A stretch of 20,000 nucleotides of DNA from the IMG/VR virus record IMGVR_UViG_3300048926_000230, positions 51,919 through 71,918 of that record; one strand, given 5' to 3'. This DNA comes from an uncultured virus (IMG/VR IMGVR_UViG_3300048926_000230). Taxonomy: Duplodnaviria; Heunggongvirae; Uroviricota; Caudoviricetes. This document shows, one piece after another, positions 14,649-20,000 of the stretch; the stretch's first letter is position 1; each line of letters starts with the position of its first letter. The position numbers and the translations under genes are program-made. Under the pieces are notes generated by a model. It worked only from the letters and a program-made list of their open reading frames with translations. It was not told the DNA's origin and made no database searches.

Positions 14649-15536
14649 ATGCGAAGTGTATGGAATGGAAGCATCAGCTTCGGACTGGTCAACGTCCAGG
14701 TGAAGCTGATGGCCGCGACCGAAGATCACGACATGGTGTCGCACCTGGCGCACGTCAATTGCGGTGGCGCCATCGGGTACGTGCCCACCTGCAAGGAATG
14801 CAACGGCGTCGTCCCCAAGGGGAACCAGGCCAAGCGCTACGAGGTCGACGGGCATTCGGTCATCGTGACCGCCGACGAGCTGGCCAGCATCGCCAGCGAG
14901 AAGGATCGGACCATCGAGGTGGTGGAGTTCGTGCCGGCCGAAGATATCGACCCGGTGATGGTGGACAAGTCCTATTACCTGTGCCCCGACAAGTCGGTGA
15001 AGGCGTACAAGCTTCTCGCAACCGTGCTCAAGGACTCCGGCCGCGTGGCCATCGTTCAGGTGACACTGCGGAGCAAAACGCGACTTGCGGCGCTCAGTGT
15101 GACGGGCAAACAAAACGTCATGGTGCTGCACACGCTGCGGTGGCCCGACGAGATTCGGGAACCGCACTTCGACGACCTGGACAAGGACGTGCAACTGTCC
15201 GACGCCGAGGTCAAGGTGGCTGGCGAGATTGTCGGGTCGATGCACAAGGAATTCAACGCCGACCGCTACAAAGACACCTACCGCGAGGAACTGCGCGAAC
15301 TGGTGATGTCCAAGACGGCCCACGATGTACCCGAAAGCTCCGACGAGGTGGGTGACCTCCTAGCGAAGCTGGAGGCGTCCGCGCGGGCTCGCCAGTGCCA
15401 TCCGGTGCGGCAGGCTCCGAAGATGGCTGAGATTCGCGCGTGGGCCCGGAAGAACGGGCATCCACAGTTGGGCGACCGCGGGCGCATCCCCGCCGATATC
15501 GTGGAGCAGTACCAGCGAGAGGTGGTGCCGGCATGA
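14649..15536 (+). CDS. ku: Ku (NHEJ end-binding) protein fused to C-terminal Lsr2-type DNA-binding domain
   Basis: 'MRSVWNGSISFGLVNVQVKL', 'YYLCPD', 'TLRWPDEIR', 'YKDTYREEL' = prokaryotic Ku. C-terminal 'EIRAWARKNG...RGRIPADIVEQY' = Lsr2 CTD with RGR hook. AAGGGAGG RBS before ATG 14649. Confidence 0.93.
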   Translation: MRSVWNGSISFGLVNVQVKLMAATEDHDMVSHLAHVNCGGAIGYVPTCKECNGVVPKGNQAKRYEVDGHSVIVTADELASIASEKDRTIEVVEFVPAEDIDPVMVDKSYYLCPDKSVKAYKLLATVLKDSGRVAIVQVTLRSKTRLAALSVTGKQNVMVLHTLRWPDEIREPHFDDLDKDVQLSDAEVKVAGEIVGSMHKEFNADRYKDTYREELRELVMSKTAHDVPESSDEVGDLLAKLEASARARQCHPVRQAPKMAEIRAWARKNGHPQLGDRGRIPADIVEQYQREVVPA

Positions 15537-15760
15537 ACGGACTCATCGTCACCGCGGCTGAAGTGGAGCTGAAGGACACCCTCTACGAGGATGTGACATT
15601 CCCCGACGGTAGCCGGACCATCATCCCATTAGGGAAGGTGGTCAGCATCAGCAAAAGCTACAACAAGGACGGTGCAGTCGAGCTATGGGCGCGACCCCAT
15701 AACGGTCTGACGGTGACACGTACCTACGCCCATTCCGACCTGGTGAAGGTGGTTCGATGA
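15533..15760 (+). CDS. hypothetical protein (75 aa, SH3-like pattern)
   Basis: MNGLIVTAAEVELKD...; ATGA-coupled to ku. Confidence 0.75.
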   Translation: MNGLIVTAAEVELKDTLYEDVTFPDGSRTIIPLGKVVSISKSYNKDGAVELWARPHNGLTVTRTYAHSDLVKVVR

Positions 15761-16008
15761 GGTACGCCGAGACGTTCGCGGCGCGGGCCATCCTCGCTGA
15801 ACAGGACGACCGCCACGACGCCGCCCACAATCTGCGGATGGCCGCTATCGATATGGGGTATCGCTACGCCACGGCGCCGCACGATCCCAACAAGAGGTGC
15901 GGGGAGTGTGGAGAGCCGGCGCTCGCAGATGGCTCCACGCTCGGCGGTACACCCATCTGCGGGATCGACCTGGATGACTACTACGACGAAATGAAGGCGC
16001 GACGATGA
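15757..16008 (+). CDS. hypothetical protein with Cys motif
   Basis: 83 aa; CGEC...IC; ATGA coupling. Confidence 0.75.
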   Translation: MRYAETFAARAILAEQDDRHDAAHNLRMAAIDMGYRYATAPHDPNKRCGECGEPALADGSTLGGTPICGIDLDDYYDEMKARR

Positions 16009-16181
16009 GCGCGGGCGACCGGTTAGTCAGCAGCGCCGAAAAGGCGGCACGCATCCGAGCGCTATCAAACGCCCTGGCGAGCATCCTGGACGCCAATGCG
16101 GCAGGACTCTGGACGAATGACCTAGATCGGGCGGCAATCGGAATTCGCACGGTCCTACAAGGGGAACTGGAGAAGCTGTAA
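16005..16181 (+). CDS. hypothetical helical protein (58 aa)
   Basis: MSAGDRLVSSAEKAARIRAL...GELEKL; ATGA and TAATG coupling. Confidence 0.7.
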   Translation: MSAGDRLVSSAEKAARIRALSNALASILDANAAGLWTNDLDRAAIGIRTVLQGELEKL

Positions 16182-16387
16182 TGGATCACCTGTTCGATGT
16201 CACCCTGTCCACCTACGGGGACGCGGAGACTGGCGAGTTCAAGATCACCGCCGAAGTCGTCGGCATGTACAACTTCCCCGGCGGGGTGGTCGGTGGGCAA
16301 GAGTTCACCGGCGCCGGCGCGCTGGATGCGGCCGTGGAATGGGCCAAGGGCGCGGTGGCAGCATTCATGAAGGGGACGAAGGCGTGA
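16181..16387 (+). CDS. hypothetical protein
   Basis: 68 aa, GGAG RBS. Confidence 0.75.
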   Translation: MDHLFDVTLSTYGDAETGEFKITAEVVGMYNFPGGVVGGQEFTGAGALDAAVEWAKGAVAAFMKGTKA

Positions 16388-16683
16388 ACACGTACGAAAT
16401 GTACGACGACCGCGACCATTCGTACCTGGAGACGATTGAAGCAGAAACCGAGCGGGCCGCAATTGTCAAGTACCGCGCGCGTCATAGCGCCGCAACCATG
16501 CCAGTAGTCGCCTATCGCACCGACCTAGAAGTGGGCGACACGGTGCGGGAGAACTGGTCCGGTATCGCCGGCTACATCACAGGGTTCGTGACTCACGGCA
16601 CCGTCAAAAAGGCTCGCGTGCGTTACCCCAGCGGGCGCACTATCGAGGGTCCTGTAGACCACCTGGTCAAGGTTGAGCGATGA
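16384..16683 (+). CDS. hypothetical protein with C-terminal SH3/KOW-like segment
   Basis: GTGA-coupled, 99 aa; 'LEVGDTV...GYI...ARVRY...DHLVKV'. Confidence 0.75.
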   Translation: MNTYEMYDDRDHSYLETIEAETERAAIVKYRARHSAATMPVVAYRTDLEVGDTVRENWSGIAGYITGFVTHGTVKKARVRYPSGRTIEGPVDHLVKVER

Positions 16684-17984
16684 ACTACGAGAGCATCATC
16701 GAGGCCGTATGCGCGGAGTTCAGCGTTTCCGCTACTTACACCGGCAAGACTGTCGGCCCGAGCGTCACCCGATACGAATTCGCTCTAGGGCCCGGCGTGA
16801 AGGTGTCGAAGTTCAACGAACTGAGGGACAACTTCGCCTATGCGCTGGCCTCTGACAACGTGCGCGTACTGGCGCCGATCCCCGGCAAGGCTGCCGTGGG
16901 AATCGAGCTGCCTAACGTCACACGCGAGACGGTCGGGCTCGACGACATCCCCGCGGGACACAGTCCGCTAGAGGTCGCCCTGGGCAAGACCGTCGACGGT
17001 GAGACGTTGACCATCGACCTGGCCAAGATGCCGCACCTACTGGTCGCCGGCACCACCGGATCGGGTAAGTCCTCATGGATCAACGCCATGATGGTTTCGC
17101 TGCTGCGCAACGCCGACCCCGAGCGCGTCAAGATGATCCTCATCGACCCCAAGATGGTCGAACTCACCCCGTACGAGGGAATCCCCCACCTGTTGGGTCA
17201 GGTGGTCACAGAGGCCGATCACGCGGCGGCCGTGCTCGACTGGGTGTGCAATGAGATGGACCAGCGGTACGCGCTGATGAAGGACGCCGGGGTCCGTCAT
17301 ATCGACGGCATCGGGCAGCCCTACATTGTCGTGGTCATCGACGAGCTGGCCGACCTCATGATGGCCCATAAGCAGCAGATCGAGGCCAGTGTTGTCCGCA
17401 TCGCGCAGAAGGCGCGGGCCGCGGGGATACACCTGGTACTCGCTACTCAGCGGCCCTCTGTGGATGTTGTGACGGGACTAATCAAAGCGAATGTGCCCTC
17501 GCGACTGGCGTTCGCGGCATCCAACGCGACAGACAGTCGCGTGGTGCTGGATCAAGCTGGCGCGGAGGCGTTGTTAGGTATGGGGGACGCGCTCTACCTG
17601 CCGGTGGGGGCGAGGAGCGCAGTCAGGGTGCAGAGCGCCCACGTTACCGACCAAGAGATCGCCGAGGCCGTGGCCAAGGTGAAGGCCGTGCATCGCGTAG
17701 ACGAGATGGTGGAGCAGCTCAACCCCGTAGTCGATGAGAACCGCATGGGCGTTCTGGAGTACCTCAACGGCATCATCCGCATGGCTCAGAATGGTCATGT
17801 CCGCGCCGCCGACTTCATCGGCGAGTACACCAAGCCGAAACGAGGCTTTCGCAACCGCAAAGAAGAAGCGCAGATGGAGCTTGTCACCAAGACGCCCGGG
17901 GAGTTGGGCGCCGCCGGCGACACGCTCGGTGAGATCGCCAAGATGTTGATTATCTTGCGAGACGAGGCGATGGTGGAGGTATGA
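16680..17984 (+). CDS. ftsK: FtsK/SpoIIIE-family DNA translocase (alpha+beta motor only)
   Basis: 'GPSVTRYE', 'APIPGKAAVGIELPN', 'MPHLLVAGTTGSGKS' (Walker A), 'IDPKMVEL', 'VVIDELADLM' (Walker B), 'LATQRPSVDVVTGLIKANVPSR', 'GAEALLGMGDALY'. Confidence 0.95.
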   Translation: MNYESIIEAVCAEFSVSATYTGKTVGPSVTRYEFALGPGVKVSKFNELRDNFAYALASDNVRVLAPIPGKAAVGIELPNVTRETVGLDDIPAGHSPLEVALGKTVDGETLTIDLAKMPHLLVAGTTGSGKSSWINAMMVSLLRNADPERVKMILIDPKMVELTPYEGIPHLLGQVVTEADHAAAVLDWVCNEMDQRYALMKDAGVRHIDGIGQPYIVVVIDELADLMMAHKQQIEASVVRIAQKARAAGIHLVLATQRPSVDVVTGLIKANVPSRLAFAASNATDSRVVLDQAGAEALLGMGDALYLPVGARSAVRVQSAHVTDQEIAEAVAKVKAVHRVDEMVEQLNPVVDENRMGVLEYLNGIIRMAQNGHVRAADFIGEYTKPKRGFRNRKEEAQMELVTKTPGELGAAGDTLGEIAKMLIILRDEAMVEV

Positions 17985-18175
17985 CGATCCTCAAACTGCC
18001 GAGGGGCATGACCGTCAGTGAGGTTCGCGCGCGGTTGGCGATCAACCGACGCAGCCTCGAACAGCGACAGGCCAAATTACGGAAGATACTGCGCGAGGCG
18101 TCCACAGAACTGGTGGAAGTCGATAGACGCCTCAAGGACGTCGATGACTCGATCATCGCCCTAAACGGGGGCTAG
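17981..18175 (+). CDS. small coiled-coil protein
   Basis: 64 aa heptad-like; GGAGGT RBS; ATGA-coupled to ftsK. Confidence 0.75.
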   Translation: MTILKLPRGMTVSEVRARLAINRRSLEQRQAKLRKILREASTELVEVDRRLKDVDDSIIALNGG

Positions 18176-18298
18176 AGAAGCCATTCCCGGCCGCACGAGC
18201 ACTTGATCACGGGAATGATCCACAAGTGGCTGAAATACTGCCTGTGGCCGCCCAGGCGGTGAACCCAGGCAATCACACGCCGAGGTGCCCGGCGCATG

Positions 18299-18577
18299 TC
18301 ACAGGATCGAGTCTCGACTGGCCTGCGACATCTCCGCGAGGCTCCGACTCAGGTCATTCATGCGTGACATATCCGCTCCGATCTGTGGGCCGGAATCGCT
18401 CATGAAGTCGACCAGCCCTTGCATGCAGCGGGCCAGGCGCTCGAAATGGACCCAGAGGATCTGGTAGTCCTCATCGGTCAGGTTGGTGCCGGTGAACTCC
18501 AACCACTTGCCTAGGTAGTCGTGGGTGGGCTCTAAAAGCTTCGCAACCGCGGCCTTGGCGACATCCTGGGCGATCAC
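18299..18577 (-). CDS. hypothetical protein
   Basis: 92 aa, GTGA coupling; last gene of the convergent operon. Confidence 0.75.
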   Translation of the reverse strand: MIAQDVAKAAVAKLLEPTHDYLGKWLEFTGTNLTDEDYQILWVHFERLARCMQGLVDFMSDSGPQIGADMSRMNDLSRSLAEMSQASRDSIL

Positions 18578-18763
18578 GGGCGATCAATCCCGAGCGCCTT
18601 GCCGAGGGCCGCGTGAAGTTTCGCGGCCTCGTCACGAGGGAGGCTGACCGATCCATACGACGCGTACTCTGCGTAGACCTCGATGAGAATGTGGTCGCCA
18701 CTTACCTCGACGCTGATATCGTCATCGCGGTTGCTGTATTCATAGATCACGGGCGATCAATCC
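18572..18763. repeat. 19-bp perfect direct repeat flanking one small gene
   Basis: GATCACGGGCGATCAATCC at 18572-18590 and 18745-18763. Confidence 0.9.
18574..18750 (-). CDS. hypothetical protein (58 aa, not in ORF track)
   Basis: VIYEYSNRDDDISVEVSGDHILIEVYAEYASYGSVSLPRDEAAKLHAALGKALGIDRP; GTGA coupling at both ends. Confidence 0.75.
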   Translation of the reverse strand: MIYEYSNRDDDISVEVSGDHILIEVYAEYASYGSVSLPRDEAAKLHAALGKALGIDRP

Positions 18764-18962
18764 TCACGTTCCAGCCCCTCTCATCCTCGGATACCGAGCA
18801 GGTGAAGCCGTGGGCCTTCATCATCGGCATATCCATGATCAGTTTCGGGATCAGGAACTCGACGATCATCCGCGCCTGACTGTCATCGAAGGTGAGCGGC
18901 GGGTTTTCCTCGGTGTTGGTCATCTTGCCGAAAAGGCTGACCATGCCGGCCTGTTTAGTCAT
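18747..18962 (-). CDS. hypothetical protein
   Basis: 71 aa, GGAGG RBS. Confidence 0.75.
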   Translation of the reverse strand: MTKQAGMVSLFGKMTNTEENPPLTFDDSQARMIVEFLIPKLIMDMPMMKAHGFTCSVSEDERGWNVRIDRP

Positions 18963-19179
18963 CAGCCCTCCAGGTAGGCGCCCATTCGCCCTCAGGGCTC
19001 AATTCCTCAACCTGCATGGTGTCCATGCCCGGCAATCCGCCTAACAGTTTCTGGGCGCGCTTGGCGTGGTCGACGGCCCCTGCTTCGTCGGTAAAGTAGA
19101 TCGGCATGCAGTAGCGCTCTCCCAGCGTCGACGCATACCTGTGGGTCGTCTGGGTCGTGGGGTATCCCCGCCAACTCAC
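18955..19179 (-). CDS. hypothetical protein
   Basis: 74 aa, overlaps both neighbours. Confidence 0.7.
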   Translation of the reverse strand: MSWRGYPTTQTTHRYASTLGERYCMPIYFTDEAGAVDHAKRAQKLLGGLPGMDTMQVEELSPEGEWAPTWRADD

Positions 19180-19589
19180 TCTTGGGCCGCCGCGGCGATG
19201 GTGTCCTCAATGAGGCGCCGTTGATCTTCGAGGGTCTGGACATTGTGGGGGCATTCGCGCGACCGCGATGCCATGCCGTCGATCACATACGCGGCCGGAA
19301 CGGCTACGTGCCCACTGTCGTCTACGGTGGCCGTAATCAGCTCGGCGCTACAGGTGCGACAGGCAATCGTGACCTGACGGTTGACCACCGGCTGGCGGTG
19401 GGCGCCCAGTTCCATAGAATAGCCGGCGTTTTGGAAGAGATTGACGATTGCCTGGCTCATCCTGCGCTTGATGGCGTCAACCTCATCACCCTCCACTGCG
19501 AAGGGAACGTAATTCAGGACGCCGAACTCGTCATCAGGCAATGCGTGGATATTGGCGAGCAAAAGCTCAACCGCATCAGTGGTGGACAT
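19176..19589 (-). CDS. hypothetical protein with CxxC...CxH motif
   Basis: 137 aa; 'CRTC', 'ECPH'; GGGGGA RBS. Confidence 0.8.
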   Translation of the reverse strand: MSTTDAVELLLANIHALPDDEFGVLNYVPFAVEGDEVDAIKRRMSQAIVNLFQNAGYSMELGAHRQPVVNRQVTIACRTCSAELITATVDDSGHVAVPAAYVIDGMASRSRECPHNVQTLEDQRRLIEDTIAAAAQE

Positions 19590-19635
19590 ATTCCCCCATG
19601 TCTAAAGGTGTACAGATACCGTTATCTGTATGCGG

Positions 19636-19782
19636 TTAGTACCCGTGCTTGGCGAGCACTTCGTCGAGCAGGGCGGCTGACCAGACGCACATCGCCTCAA
19701 GGTCGTTGGCTAAAGTCTTCAGATCGTCGACGAGGGCAAGGGAAACGCTCTCGCCGCGGCCCTGGTGCGTGTGACTGATCAT
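19636..19782 (-). CDS. hypothetical protein (48 aa)
   Basis: MISHTHQGRGESVSLALVDDLK...; ATGA-coupled to upstream partial gene; GAGGG RBS. Confidence 0.65.
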   Translation of the reverse strand: MISHTHQGRGESVSLALVDDLKTLANDLEAMCVWSAALLDEVLAKHGY

Positions 19783-20000
19783 CCATCCCTCTTTTGTGAC
19801 GGCCTCCGAAGGCCCATCGACGTCGACCACTTGCGCCGGGGTGGCGGCTTTGGCACTGCCATCAGCTTCAGGACCACCTCGGCGGTCGTGAAGTCGAGGC
19901 CTGGAGCAAGGGGTACGTGGGAGGTTGTGACCTGCCCTGGCTCTAAGAGGCGCATGTCCCGTCCGTAGAAGCGGAAGACCGTATCCGCGCGGATAGCGTC
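19779..20000 (-). CDS. 3' part of hypothetical gene (partial)
   Basis: Open frame from window end (DAIRADTVFRFYGRDMRLLEPG...KRDG) to TGA 19779-19781. Confidence 0.6.
   Translation of the reverse strand, partial: DAIRADTVFRFYGRDMRLLEPGQVTTSHVPLAPGLDFTTAEVVLKLMAVPKPPPRRKWSTSMGLRRPSQKRDG

Noticed and set aside
18183..18218. CATTCCCG/CGGGAATG inverted repeat as terminator between convergent operons
   Set aside because: Large loop and no U-tract; position is plausible but support is weak.
1..20000. tRNA, integrase/att site, lysis or tail genes
   Set aside because: None recognised in this window, so prophage versus free phage cannot be decided.

Overview
GC-rich actinobacteriophage DNA, most like a large Mycobacterium siphovirus (Omega/cluster J-like gene content, from recall), read across the joined genome ends. 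It is either a circularised assembly or a prophage. 215-8143 (- strand) is an HK97-type packaging/head module: micro Zn-ribbon ORF, HNH endonuclease, a protein carrying a degenerate copy of the terminase ATPase domain, two small ORFs, TerS, TerL, a small membrane protein, portal, prohead protease and major capsid protein. About 8150-8460 is a non-coding, palindrome-rich candidate cos region. 8466-18175 (+ strand) is a divergent ~10 kb array of about 35 tightly coupled, mostly small genes. It is driven by four near-identical SigA-type promoters whose -35 box lies inside a shared 16-bp imperfect palindrome, and it includes a Zn-finger/XRE-HTH regulator, acidic proteins, a two-peptide membrane cassette, a Ku-Lsr2 fusion and an FtsK lacking the gamma domain. 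18299-20000 (- strand) holds convergent small hypothetical genes. The most notable points are the pseudo-terminase ATPase paralog, apparently substituted catalytic Asp positions in the TerL nuclease domain, the repeated promoter/operator, the peptide cassette, and the Ku-Lsr2/FtsK module. All family calls come from motif recognition by eye; no searches were run.
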